Assembly: GCF_040807025.1 (NCBI RefSeq) | Contig: NC_090973.1 | Span: 981,853 to 1,045,852, forward strand | Length of the DNA: 64,000 nucleotides | DNA from: Struthio camelus | Taxonomy: Eukaryota | Reading direction: 5' to 3' | Part shown: positions 10,555-21,164 of the stretch, piece by piece | Position numbering within the stretch: position 1 is the first letter of the stretch | How the letters are laid out: each line of letters begins with the position of its first letter | The notes under the pieces: model-generated | Told to the model about the DNA's origin: nothing | Databases searched by the model: none | Seen by the model: the letters and a program-made list of their open reading frames with translations, nothing else | Position numbers and translations under genes: made by a program

Positions 10555-13130
10555 CGGGGGAGGGGACCCAGGTGTCCGGGGAGGGGCCCAGGTGTCCGGG
10601 GAGGGGCCCAGGTGTCCGGGAGGGGCCCAGGTGTCCCGGAGGGAACCAAGCGTCTGTAATGGGCCCAGGTGTCCGGGGAGCGGCCCAGGCGTCCTGGAGG
10701 GACCCAGGTGTCCAGGAAGGGGCCCAGGCGTCCTGGAGGGACCCAGGTGTCCAGGGAGGGGGCCCAGGAGTCCAGGGAGGGGCCCAGGCATCCGGGGAGG
10801 GACCCAGGTGTCCAGGGAGGGGCCCTGGCGTCCGGGAGGGAACCAAGTGTCTGTAATGGGCCCAGCTGTCCGGGGAGGGACCCAGCTGTCCGGGGAGGGA
10901 CCCAGGCGTCTGAGAGGGGCCCAGGCATCCGGGAAGGGCCCAGGTGTCCTGGAAGGACCCAGGCGTCTGGGGAGGGGGCCCAGGAGTCCAGGGAAGGGCA
11001 GAGATGTCCGGAGAGGGGCCCAGGCGTCCCGGAGGGAACCAAGCGTCTGTAATGGGCCCAGGCATCTGGGAGGGACCCAGGTGTCCGGGGGAGGGGCCCA
11101 GGCGTCTGGGAGGGGCCCAGGCGTCCTGGAGGGACCCAGGTGTCCAGGAAGGGGCCCAGGCGTCCTGGAGGGACCCAGGCGTCCTGGAGGGACCCAGGAG
11201 TCCAGGGAGGGGCCCAGGCATCCGGGGAGGGACCCAGGTGTCCAGGGAGGGGCCCTGGCGTCCCGGAGGGAACCAAGTGTCTGTAATGGGCCCAGGTGTC
11301 CGGGGGGACCCAGGTGTCCGGGGAGGGGCCCAGGTGTCCGGGGAGGGGCCCAGGCGTCTGAGAGGGGCCCAGGCGTCCGGGAAGGGCCCAGGTGTCCGGG
11401 GGAGGGGGCCCAGGCGTCCGGGGACGGGGGCCCAAGCGTCCGGGAAGGACCAGGGCATCCGGGGAGGGCCCAGGTGTCCGGGAGGGCCCAGGCGTCCGGG
11501 GAGGAGGCCCAGGAGTCTGGGAAGGACCAGGGCATCCGGGAAGGGGCCCAGGTGTCCCGGAGGGAAGCAAGCGTCTGTAATGGGCCCAGGTGTCCGGGGA
11601 AGGGGCCCAGGTGTCCGGGGAGGGGCCCAGGTGTCCGGGAGGGGCCCAGGTGTCCGGGAGGGAACCAAGCGTCTGTAATGGGCCCAGGTGTCCGGGGAGC
11701 GGCCCAGGCGTCCTGGAGGGACCCAGGTGTCCAGGAAGGGGCCCAGGCGTCCTGGAGGGACCCAGGTGTCCAGGGAGGGGGCCCAGGAGTCCAGGGAGGG
11801 GCCCAGGCATCCGGGGAGGGACCCAGGCATCCGGGGAGGGGCCCTGGCGTCCCGGAGGGAACCAAGTGTCTGTAATGGGCCCAGGTGTCCGGGGAGGGAC
11901 CCAGCTGTCCGGGGAGGGGCCCAGGGGTCCGGGGAGGGGCCCAGGCATCCGGGGAGGGACCCAGGCGTCTGAGAGGGGCCCAGGCATCCGGGAAGGGCCC
12001 AGGTGTCCTGGAAGGACCCAGGCGTCTGGGGAGGGGGCCCAGGAGTCCGGGGAAGGGCAGAGATGTCCGGAGAGGGGCCCAGGCGTCCCAGAGGGAACCA
12101 AGCGTCTGTAATGGGCCCAGGTGTCCGGGGAGGGACCCAGGTGTCCGGGGAGGGGCCCAGGCGTCTGGGGAAGGGCCCAGGGAAGGGCCGAGGTGTCTGG
12201 GGAGGGACCTAGGTGTCTGGGAGGGGCCCTGGCATCCGGGAGGGACCCAGGCGGCTGGGAGGGCCCAGGCATCCGGGGAGGGGTCCAGGTGTCTGGGAGG
12301 GGCCCAGGCGTCCGGGAGGGGCCCAGGTGTCCGGGCAGGAAGGGGCCCAGGAGTCCAGGAGGGCCCAGGTGTTCGGGAGGGCCTAGGTGTCCAGGAAGGG
12401 GCCCAGGCGTCCGGGGAGGGACCGAGGTGTCTGGGGAGGGCCCAGGCATCCGGGGAGGGGCCCAGGCGTCCGGGAAGGACCCAGGTGTCCTGACAAGGAC
12501 CCAGGAGTCCGGGGAGGGGCCCAGGTGTCCGGGAGGGGCCCAGGCGTCCGGGGGGACCCAGGTGTCCGGGGAGGGACCCAGGCATCTGGGGAGGGACCCA
12601 GGAGTTCGGGAGGGGCCCAGGCATCCGGGAGGGGCCCAGGAGTCCAGGGAAGGACCCAGGCATCTGGGAGGGACCCAGGTGTCTGGGAGGGGCCCAGGTG
12701 TCCAGGAGGGGCCCAGGCGTCCGGGAGGGGCCCAGGCATCCAGGGAGGGGCCCAGGCATCCAGGGAGGGGCCCAGGAGTCCAGGGAAGGACCCAGGTGTC
12801 CGGGAGGGGCCCAGGCATCTGGGAGGGACCCAGGTGTCCGGGAGGGGCCCAGGCATCTGGGAGGGACCCAGGCGTCCGGGGAGGGGCCCAGGCGTCCGGG
12901 GAGGGGCCCAGGAGTCCGGGAGGGGCCCAGGAGTCCGGGGAAGGACCCAGGTGTCCGGGAAGGACCCAGGAGTCCGGGAGGGACCCAGGAGTCCGGGGAA
13001 GGACCCAGGCGTCCGGGGAGGGGCCCAGGCGTCCGGGGAGGGGCCCAGGCGTCCGGGGAGGGGCCCAGGTGTCCTGGAGGGCCCAGGCGCCCTGGGGAAG
13101 GGCCCAGGCGTCCGGGGAGCCCCCGGCGAG
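10555..13130. repeat. Intergenic ~21-bp minisatellite (gggacccaggcgtccggggag / ggggcccaggtgtccgggga), >110 copies, punctuated by gggaaccaagcgtctgtaatgggcccagg
   Basis: Direct tandem array with ~1-kb higher-order similarity (ORFs at 10592 and 11590). It is the same family, in inverted orientation, as the array at 1-1000. Confidence 0.95.
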
Positions 13131-13139
13131 CTCTCCCCG

Positions 13140-13260
13140 CCCACTGGCTCGCGCCCCGTGACGTCACGCCCTGCGGGGCGGCCCTCCCGCACGTCACTTC
13201 CGTCCCGCCGGTGGGCGGGGCCGGGGCCGGAAGTGACGCGCGGCGGCGGCGGCGGCCGGG
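13140..13260 (+). promoter_or_regulatory. PPP4C: CpG-island core-promoter module; candidate PPP4C TSS and non-coding exon 1
   Basis: It contains a perfect palindromic CRE TGACGTCA (13159-13166), a half-CRE ACGTCA, an inverted ETS pair CACTTCCG (13195-13202) and CCGGAAGTGACG (13227-13238), and an Sp1 box GGGCGGGGC (13213-13221). A possible donor GG|GTGCGA lies at 13260. It sits 2.6 kb after the ALDOA polyA signal and 2.9 kb before the PPP4C ATG, and a possible acceptor ggggggcag is at 16092-16094. Confidence 0.45.
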
Positions 13261-13269
13261 TGCGACCCG

Positions 13270-15650
13270 CGGCGGGTTCGGGGGTCGCCGGGGGGGTTCG
13301 GGGGGGGCCGGTTGGGGGCCGGTTGGTTTTTGGGGGCGGCTGGGGGGTTCTAGGGGCGGTGTGGGGGGGTTGGGGGGGTAGTTGGGGTGTTGCGGGGGCG
13401 GTTTGGGGGGGGTTGGGGGCAGGTTGGGGGGTTTTGGGGGTGTTTTGGGGGTGTTTGGGGGCAGTTTGGGGGTTTTGGGGGTGTTTGGGGGCAGTTGGGG
13501 GGTAGTTGGGGTGTTGCGGGGGCGGTTTGGGGGGTTTTGGGTACAGGTGGAGGGGGTTGGGGGCGGTTTGGGGGTGTTTGGGGGCAGGTTGGGGGGTTTC
13601 GGGGGTGTTTGGGGGCAGTTGGGGGTTTGGGGGCAGTTTGGGGGGTAGTTGGGGGTAGTTGGGGTGTTGGGGCAGTTTGAGGGGGTTGGGGGCGGTTTCG
13701 GGGTGTTTGGGGACAGGTTGGGTGTTTTGGGGCAGTTCGGGGGTAGTTGGGGTGTTGGGGCGGTTAGGGGGGTTGTTTGGGGGCAGGTTGGGGGGTTTCG
13801 GGGGTGTTTGGGGGCAGTTTGGGGGTAGTTGGGGTGTTGCGGGGGCGGTTTGGGGGGTTTTGGGTACAGGTGGAGGGGGTTGGGGGCGGTTTGGGGGTGT
13901 TTGGGGGCAGGTTGGGGGGTTTTGGGGGTGTTTGGGGGCAGTTGGGGGGTTTTGGGGGTGTTTGGGTGCAGTTGGGGGTTTGGGGGCAGTTTGGGGGGCA
14001 GCTGGGGGTAGTTGGGGTGTTGTGGGGGCAGTTTGAGGGGGTTGGGGGTGGTTTCGGGGTGTTTGGGGACAGGTTGGGTGTTTTGGGGCAGTTCGGGGGT
14101 AGTTGGGGTGTTGGGGCGGTTTGGGGGGTTGTTTGGGGGCAGGTTGGGGGGTTTTGGGGGTCTTTGGGGGTAGTTGGGGTATTGGGGCAGTTTGAGGGGT
14201 TTTGGGGACAGTTTGAGGGGGTTGGGGGTGTTTGGGGGCAGGTTGGGGGTTTTGGGGGGCAGTTGGGGGTAGTTGGGGTGTTGTGGGGGTAGTTTGAGGG
14301 GGTTGGGAGCGGTTTGGGGACAGTTTGGAGGTTTTGGGGGTCTTTGGGGGCAGTTTGGGGGTAGTTGGGGTGTTGTGGGGGCAGTTTGAGGGGGTTAGGA
14401 GCAGTTTGGGGGTGTTTGGGGACAGGTTGGGGGTTTGGGGGTCTTTTGGGACAGTTTGGGGGCAGTTTGGGTTTTGGGGACAGTTTGAGGGGTTTGGGGG
14501 CAGGTTTGGGGTAGTTGGGGTGTTGTGGGGGCAGTTTGGGGGGTTTGGGGACAGTTTGGGGGGTGTTTGGGGGTGGTTTTGGGGGTCTTTGGGGGCAGTT
14601 GGGGTTTTGGGGCAGTTTGGGGGAGTTTGGGACATTTTGGAGGGTCTTTGGGGGCAGTTTGGGGGGCAGTTTGGGGGTAGATGGGGTGTTGGGACGGTTT
14701 GGGGGGGTTGGGGGTGGTTTTGGGGGTGTTGGAGGGTCTTTGGGGGTAGTTTGGAGGGTTTGGGGGCAGTTTGGGGGTAGTTGGGGTGTTGTGGGGGCAG
14801 TTTGGGGGCTTTGGTGACAGTTTGAGGGGGTGGGAGCAGTTTGGGGGGTGTTTGGGGGCGGTTTTGGGGGTCTTTGGAGGCGGTTGAGGTTTTGGGGCAG
14901 TTTGGGGGTTTTGGGACAGTTTGGGGGGGTTTGGAGGCTGTTGGCGTAGGTGACAGTTTGGGGGCAGTTTGGGGACAGCTGGGGGGATATTTGGGGGCAG
15001 TTTGAGGGATTTTGGGGGCCACTTGCGGTTTGGGGGCAGTTTGGGGCAGTTTGAGGGGTTTCGGGGGGCGGTTTGAGGGGTTTGGGGAGACTTGAAGGGA
15101 TTCAGGGGCTGTTGGGGGAGTTTGGGGGAGCCGGAGGGATTTCGGGGGCAGTTGGGAGGGTTTTGGCTCCGTTGGCGAGGGGGGTGGGCAGGTTTGGGGG
15201 GGACGTTTTGGATTTGGGGGGCAATTGAGGGGATTTAGGGGACAGTTGGGGGGAGTTGGGGGGGCAATGGGGGCCCGTTGGGATGTTTTGCAGAGCGCTG
15301 GCGCGATTTGGGGTCAGGCTGGGGGTTTTTTTTGGGAGCGGTGGGGGGGGGTCACTTTGGGGGTCTTTAGGGGCACTTGGGGATTTTTGGGTCACTTTGG
15401 GGGTCGTCGGGGGGTCGGGGGGGCCGTTGGGGCCTTGGGGGGGGCATTTGGGGGTCGTCGGGGGGTTGGGGGGGCCGTTGGGGCCTTGGGGGGGCATTTG
15501 GGGGTCGTCGGGGGGTTGGGGGGGCCGTTGGGGCCTGGGGGGGCATTTGGGGGGTGCAAGCGGAGTTGGGGGGGTCTGGGGGCAATTGAAGGCAACGGAG
15601 GGGCAGTTCAGGGGGGGCTGGGGGGGGCTTTTGGGGGGGTGGAGGGCAAC
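13270..15650. repeat. G-rich minisatellite ggggg(c)ag(t)ttggggg(g)t(g)tttgggg (~20-bp units; G4T4-like)
   Basis: It fills the putative PPP4C intron 1 and has very high G-quadruplex potential on the + strand. It grades into the CAATTAG field at its 3' end. Confidence 0.95.
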
Positions 15651-15954
15651 TGAGGGGTCCGGGGAGCGATTAGGGGCTCGGGGGGGGTAATTAGGGGCTG
15701 TTGGGGGCACTTGGGGGTGTCGGGGGCAGTTAGGGGCTTGAGGGGGGGCTGTTAGGGGCATTTGGGGGGCAATTGGGGGTGCTGGGGGGCAGTTAGGGCA
15801 TTGGGGGGGCTATTGAGCAGGTAGGGAGTCGGGGGGCAATTAGGGGTGGGGGGCAACGAGGAGGGGGGCTGTGGTGTCCGGGGGGGGCAATTAGGGGTTG
15901 TGGGGGGGGTTAATTAGCCCTGATGGGGGGGGCAATTACCGTCCCCCCCCCAAG

Positions 15955-15975
15955 TGGCCATTTCACGTCACCTGG
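15955..15975 (+). promoter_or_regulatory. PPP4C: CRE-like TCACGTCA plus GGCCATTTC (YY1-like) motif ~130 bp upstream of the PPP4C ATG
   Basis: aagtggccatttcacgtcacctgggattgacgagcc. This is an alternative or proximal promoter element if the ATG exon is the first exon. Confidence 0.3.
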
Positions 15976-16099
15976 GATTGACGAGCCAGCACCGATGGGG
16001 GGGGGACGAGCCTAGCTGCCGTTGGGGAAAAGGGGGCAAAATTAAGTCATGGGGGTAATTAGGGGGGGCTAATTAACAGTTAATTAGGGGGGCAGGGCC

Positions 16100-16197
16100 A
16101 TGGGGGAGCCGAGCGACCTGGACCGGCAGATCGAGCAGCTGCGGCGCTGCGAGCTCATCAAGGAGAGCGAGGTGAAGGCCCTCTGCGCCAAGGCCAG
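16100..16197 (+). CDS. PPP4C: Serine/threonine-protein phosphatase 4 catalytic subunit, coding exon 1 (start codon)
   Basis: Encodes [32 protein letters not shown](R), which I recognise as the PPP4C N-terminus (human [33 protein letters not shown]). gtaccc donor at 16198. Confidence 0.92.
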
Positions 16198-16319
16198 GTA
16201 CCCCGGGGGGGGGGGCAATTAACCCCCGCACGGGGGTAATTAACCCCCACCGGGCTCGTTAGCCCCTCGGCGGGGCAATTAACCCGCCGGCGGGCCGCTG
16301 ACGAAGGGCCGTCCCGCAG

Positions 16320-16371
16320 GGAGATCCTGGTGGAGGAGAGCAACGTGCAGCGGGTGGACTCGCCCGTGACG
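16320..16371 (+). CDS. PPP4C: PPP4C coding exon 2
   Basis: cag acceptor 16317-16319. Encodes (R)EILVEESNVQRVDSPVT. gtgagc donor 16372. Confidence 0.9.
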
Positions 16372-16488
16372 GTGAGCGGGGCGATTAGCGGGGCTAATTA
16401 GGCCTCGGAGGGGGTAATTAGGGCTTGGAGGGGGTAATTAGGGGGCGGATTTGCCCCCCTCACCCCCCCGTTTTGCCCCCCCGCCCAG

Positions 16489-16539
16489 GTGTGCGGCGAC
16501 ATCCATGGGCAGTTTTACGACCTCAAGGAGCTCTTCCGG
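16489..16539 (+). CDS. PPP4C: PPP4C coding exon 3
   Basis: cag acceptor 16486-16488. Encodes [17 protein letters not shown]. gtgagt donor 16540. Confidence 0.9.
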
Positions 16540-16544
16540 GTGAG

Positions 16545-17832
16545 TCGCCCTGCTAATTGCCCCCCGCCCCGACTTAATTACCCCCCAGTAGACCCCCCCA
16601 CGCTTAGTTAGTCCTATCGGTGTTTAATTACCCTTTTTCAGTAGCCGATTATCTCTGATTGTTTGTTATCTGCTTAATTAGTGCCTGATGTGCGATTATC
16701 ACTCCGCTTTTTAACTCTTCTCGCTTAATTACCCCCTTAATTGACCTCCCTTTTTAATTGCACCCCCTTAATTGCCCCCAGTTCAGGCTTGACTGCCCCC
16801 CAACCGCTCATTGCCCCCCCTAATTGCTGCCCTGGTTGCTAATTATTCCCATGGTTGTTAATTGCCCCCCAGGCTATTTGTCCCTGTTGTTGTTTCTTAT
16901 CTTTAGTTGTTCCTGTTAATTATCTTTTCTGGGCTTAATTGCCCCCCCCCACTGCTAATTGCTCTCTGATTATGAGTTATTTATGTGGTCCTCAATTAGC
17001 CCTGGCTCCTAATTGCTCCTTTGCCTCGTTAGTTTGCTAGTTTGAGGCCTAATTGCCCCTAATGGCTGCCTAATTGCCCCTGCTAATTGCCCCACAAGCC
17101 CTAGTTGCCTCTGTAGTTGCCCCTGATTACGTGTTAATTGCTCTTCTCAGTCCCTAATTGCTCCCCTGGGTTTCCCCCACCCACTCCTAATTGCTCTAGA
17201 GCCCCTAATTGCCCCCCCCCATGCCCAACAGCCCCCCCCCAAATTGCCCCCCCAGCCTTGAATTGCCCCTTCAGCACCTTTTTGGCTCCCCTGGAGCTAA
17301 TTATCTCCCTAATTGCCCCATCACTAATTGCCCCTCCCAGCCGCAAATAGCTTCCCCGATTATCTCTCAGTTGCTAATTATCCTCTTAATTGCCTCCCCC
17401 AGCCCCTACTTGCCCCCGCTAGCCCTAATTGCCCCCCCCAACTCCTCCCAGGCCCTAATTACTCCCTTAATTGCCCCCCGGTCCCAAATATCCCCCCGAA
17501 TTGCCCCCGAGCTCCTAGCTGCTCCTTTCAGCCTTTTTTGCCCCCGTAATTGCCCCGTAGCCCTTAATTACTGTCTTAATTACCCCCCCCGGCCCCTAAC
17601 TGCTTCCCTTAGACCTATTTGCTGCTGTAATTGCCCCGTAGCTGCTAATCACCCCCTTAATTACCCCCCCCAGCCCCAGACAGCTTTCCCTAATTATTAA
17701 TTAGGTGTTTTGTTTGCTTGGGGTGGGGGGGGGGGCTTGGTAGCTTCCTTAATTGCTCTGTGGGCCGTAATTACCTGCCTAATTGCTCTGCTCAGTCCCT
17801 AATTGCTTTCCTCCCTAATTACCCCCCCCCCG
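16545..17832. repeat. C-strand (inverted) version of the same motif field: ~50 copies of (c)ctaattgcccc / cttaattacccc in PPP4C intron 3
   Basis: cccctaattgcccc is the reverse complement of ggggcaattagggg. Orientation flips at ~16455-16470, just upstream of exon 3. The region is relatively AT-rich. Confidence 0.85.
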
Positions 17833-17835
17833 CAG

Positions 17836-17937
17836 GTGGGGGGTGACGTCCCCGAGACCAACTACCTGTTCATGGGCGACTTCGTGGACCGGGGCTTCTA
17901 CAGCGTCGAGACCTTCCTGCTGCTCCTCGCCCTCAAG
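17836..17937 (+). CDS. PPP4C: PPP4C coding exon 4
   Basis: cag acceptor 17833-17835. Encodes [34 protein letters not shown] (metallophosphatase GDxVDRG motif). GT donor 17938. Confidence 0.92.
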
Positions 17938-17939
17938 GT

Positions 17940-18330
17940 GGGGCCCAGGCGTCCGGGAGGGATGAGGAGGGACCCAGGTGTCCGGGCCGGGGGGGGGGAC
18001 AGGAGGGTAGGAAAGAGGGGCCCAGGTGTCCGGGAGGAGCCAGGCCCCTTTGTGTGCAAACCAAATGTCTGGTGGGGGGGGGGGAGGGTGTCTGGAGCAA
18101 GAAGGGGCCCAGGCGTCCGGGGAGGGACCCAGGCGTCCTGGTGACATTCAAGCGTCTGGAGTGAGAAGGGATCCAGGCATCCGGGGAGGGGTCCCAGGTG
18201 TCCGGGGTTGGGGGACGGGGACCCAAGTGTCCAGGAGGCTTCCAGGTGCCTGGGACCAGAGGGGACCCAGGCGTCCGGGGCGGGGGGGAAGGACCCAGGC
18301 GTCCGGGAGGACCCAGACGTGCGGGCGCCG
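17940..18330. repeat. Block of the gggacccaggcgtccggg(ga) minisatellite family inside PPP4C intron 4
   Basis: It has the same unit as 10555-13130 and about 12 copies. Confidence 0.85.
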
Positions 18331-18333
18331 CAG

Positions 18334-18507
18334 GTGCGCTACCCCGACCGCATCACGCTGATCCGGGGCAACCACGAGAGCCGGCAGATCACGCAGGTCT
18401 ACGGCTTCTACGACGAGTGCCTGCGCAAGTACGGCTCCGTCACCGTCTGGCGCTACTGCACCGAGATCTTCGACTACCTCAGCCTCTCCGCCATCATCGA
18501 CGGCAAG
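18334..18507 (+). CDS. PPP4C: PPP4C coding exon 5
   Basis: cag acceptor 18331-18333. Encodes [58 protein letters not shown] (GNHE motif). gtgagc donor 18508. Confidence 0.92.
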
Positions 18508-18529
18508 GTGAGCGCCCCCCCGGGGCCTG

Positions 18530-20750
18530 CGGGTAGCCCCGCGGCGCTCCTGCGGGGTGGCTGTGCTGCACACGCTAAGCACACGCTAAGAACATGCATG
18601 TTGTGTCGCACGTTCTGCTCACCCGGGACCTCCCTGTGTCCATCCGTGCTGCCCCAGGGTGCTTGGGTAGCCCCGCGGCGCTCCTGCGGGGTGGCTATGC
18701 CGCACACGCTAAGCACACGCTAAGCACATGGGTGTCGCACGCTGTGCTGTGCTCACCCGGGACCTGCCCGTGTCCCTCCGTGCTGCCCCAGGGTGCTTGG
18801 GTAGCCCCGTGGCGCTCCTGCGGGGTGGCTATGCCGCACACGCTAAGCACACGCTAAGCACATGGGTGTCGCACGCTGTGCTGTGCTCACCTGGGACCTC
18901 CCTGTGTCCCTCCGTGCTGCCCCAGGGTGCTTGGGTAGCCCCGCGGCGCTCCTGCGGGGTGGCTGTGCCGCACACGCTAAGCACACGCTAAGCACATGGG
19001 TGTCGCACGCTGTGCTGTGCTCACCTGGGACCTGCCCGTGTCCATCCGTGCTGCCCCAGGGTGCTTGGGTAGCCCCGCAGCGCTCCTGCGGGGTGGCTGT
19101 GCTGCACATGCTAAGCACACACTAAAAACATGCATGTTGTGTCGCACGTTCTGCTCACCTGGGACCTGCCCATGTCCATCCGTGCTGCCCCAGGGTGCTT
19201 GGGTAGCCCCGCGGCGCTCCTGCGGGGTGGCTGTGCCGCACACGCTAAGCACACACTAAGCACATGGGTGTCGCACACTGTGCTGTGCTCACCCGGGACC
19301 TGCCCGTGTCCATCCGTGCTGCCCCAGGGTGCTTGGGTAGCCCCGCGGCGCTCCTGTGGGGGGGGCTGTGCCGCACACGCTAAGCACACGCTAAAAACAT
19401 GCATGTTGTGTTGCACGTTCTGCTCACCCGGGACCTGCCCGTGTCCCTCCGTGCTGCCCCAGGGTGCTTGGGTAGCCCCGTGGCGCTCCTGCGGGGTGGC
19501 TATGCCGCACACGCTAAGCACACGCTAAGCACATGGGTGTCGCACGCTGTGCTGTGCTCACCCGGGACCTGCCCGTGTCCCTCCGTGCTGCCCCAGGGTG
19601 CTTGGGTAGCACCGCGGCGCTCCTGCGGGGTGGCTGTGCCGCACACGCTAAGCACACGCTAAAAACATGCATGTTGTGTCGCACGTTCTGCTCACCCGGG
19701 ACCTGCCCGTGTCCCTCCGTGCTGCCCCAGGGTGCTTGGGTAGCCCCGTGGCGCTCCTGTGGGGGGGCTGTGCCGCACACGCTAAGCACACGCTAAAAAC
19801 ATGCATGTTGTGTCGCACGTTCTGCTCACCCGGGACCTGCCCGTGTCCCTCCGTGCTGCCCCAGGGTGCTTGGGTAGCCCCGCGGCGCTCCTGCGGGGTG
19901 GCTGTGCCGCACACGCTAAGCACACGCTAAGCACATGGGTGTCGCACGCTGTGCTGTGCTCACCCGGGACCTCCCTGTGTCCATCCGTGCTGCCCCAGGA
20001 TGCTTGGGTAGCCCCGTGGCGCTCCTGCGGGGTGGCTATGCCGCACACGCTAAGCACACGCTAAGCACATGGGTGTCGCACGCTGTGCTGTGCTCACCTG
20101 GGACCTGCCTGTGTCCATCCGTGCTGCCCCAGGGTGCTTGGGTAGCCCCGCGGCGCTCCTGCGGGGTGGCTGTGCCGCACACGCTAAGCACACGCTAAGC
20201 ACATGGGTGTCGCACGCTGTGCTGTGCTCACCTGGGACCTGCCCGTGTCCATCCGTGCTGCCCCAGGGTGCTTGGGTAGCCCCGCAGCGCTCCTGCGGGG
20301 TGGCTGTGCCGCACATGCTAAGCACACGCTAAAAACATGCATGTTGTGTTGCACGTTCTGCTCACCCGGGACCTGCCCGTGTCCCTCCGTGCTGCCCCAG
20401 GGTGCTTGGGTAGCCCCGTGGCGCTCCTGTGGGGTGGCTATGCCGCACACGCTAAGCACACGCTAAGCACATGGGTGTCGCACGCTGTGCTGTGCTCACC
20501 CGGGACCTGCCCGTGTCCATCCGTGCTGCCCCAGGGTGCTTGGGTAGCCCCGTGGCGCTCCTGTGGGGTGGCTATGCCGCACACGCTAAGCACACGCTAA
20601 GCACATGGGTGTCGCACGCTGTGCTGTGCTCACCCGGGACCTGCCCGTGTCCATCCGTGCTGCCCCAGGGTGCTTGGGTAGCCCCGCGGCGCTCCTGCGG
20701 GGGGGCTGTGCCGCACACGCTAAGCACACGCTAAGCACACGCATGTTAGG
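18530..20750. repeat. 134-bp tandem repeat x~16.5 in PPP4C intron 5
   Basis: Identical 87-aa ORFs recur every 134 bp on both strands. The unit ...gcacacgctaagcacatgggtgtcgcacgctgtgctgtgctcacccgggacctg... resembles the acceptor/exon-6 start cacgctaagcacacgcgtgtgccgtgcagATTTTCTGCGTGCACGGGGGCCTG. Confidence 0.95.
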
Positions 20751-21032
20751 CACCTTACTGTGCACCTTGCGTGTCCCTACGCGTGGCCACGTCGTTCTGA
20801 GGTACAGCGTAGGCCCCTCTTCCTTCTTGCAGGCCGAGTGTGCAGCACATACTAAGCACATGCTAAGCACACGCGTGTTGCATGCCCAACTTACACTGCC
20901 GCAGAGCCTAAGGGCTGGGCAGCGGGCCGGGGGCGCCCTGCGGTGACACGGGAAAGCCCGGCGGGGTGGGGGGGAAGGCCGGCGGGGGGCCGGCGGCACG
21001 GCCCACGCTAAGCACACGCGTGTGCCGTGCAG

Positions 21033-21159
21033 ATTTTCTGCGTGCACGGGGGCCTGTCGCCCTCCATCCAGACGCTGGACCAGATCCGCACCATCGACCG
21101 CAAGCAGGAGGTGCCCCACGACGGCCCCATGTGCGACCTGCTCTGGTCCGACCCCGAAG
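21033..21159 (+). CDS. PPP4C: PPP4C coding exon 6
   Basis: cag acceptor 21030-21032. Encodes [42 protein letters not shown](G). gtaggc donor 21160. Confidence 0.92.
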
Positions 21160-21164
21160 GTAGG

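Larger units (their letters stand above)
15650..16470. repeat. G-strand CAATTAG/TAATTAG motif field (ggggcaattagggg, gggtaattagggg, ggctaattaacagttaattagggggg)
   Basis: It has at least 20 motif copies spanning the PPP4C proximal promoter, exon 1, exon 2 and introns 1-2. It is a diverged continuation of the ggggcagtttgggg array (GTTT changing to ATTA). Confidence 0.85.

Noticed and set aside
8268-15022. Very long ORFs in the track (for example 8268..12818 minus strand, 1516 aa; 12383..15022 minus strand, 879 aa; 10420..13197 minus strand, 925 aa) with proline/glycine-rich periodic peptides
   Set aside because: They lie entirely within tandem minisatellites. They are open in several frames on both strands because of GC-rich periodicity, with no conserved domains, no splice structure and no start context. 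They are compositional artefacts.
13300-15900. Telomere-like sequence (GGGGTTTTGGGG tracts; scattered TTAGGGG)
   Set aside because: G4T4 is a ciliate telomere repeat, not a vertebrate one. The TTAGGG hexamers are single occurrences inside the CAATTAG-field units, not tandem (TTAGGG)n.
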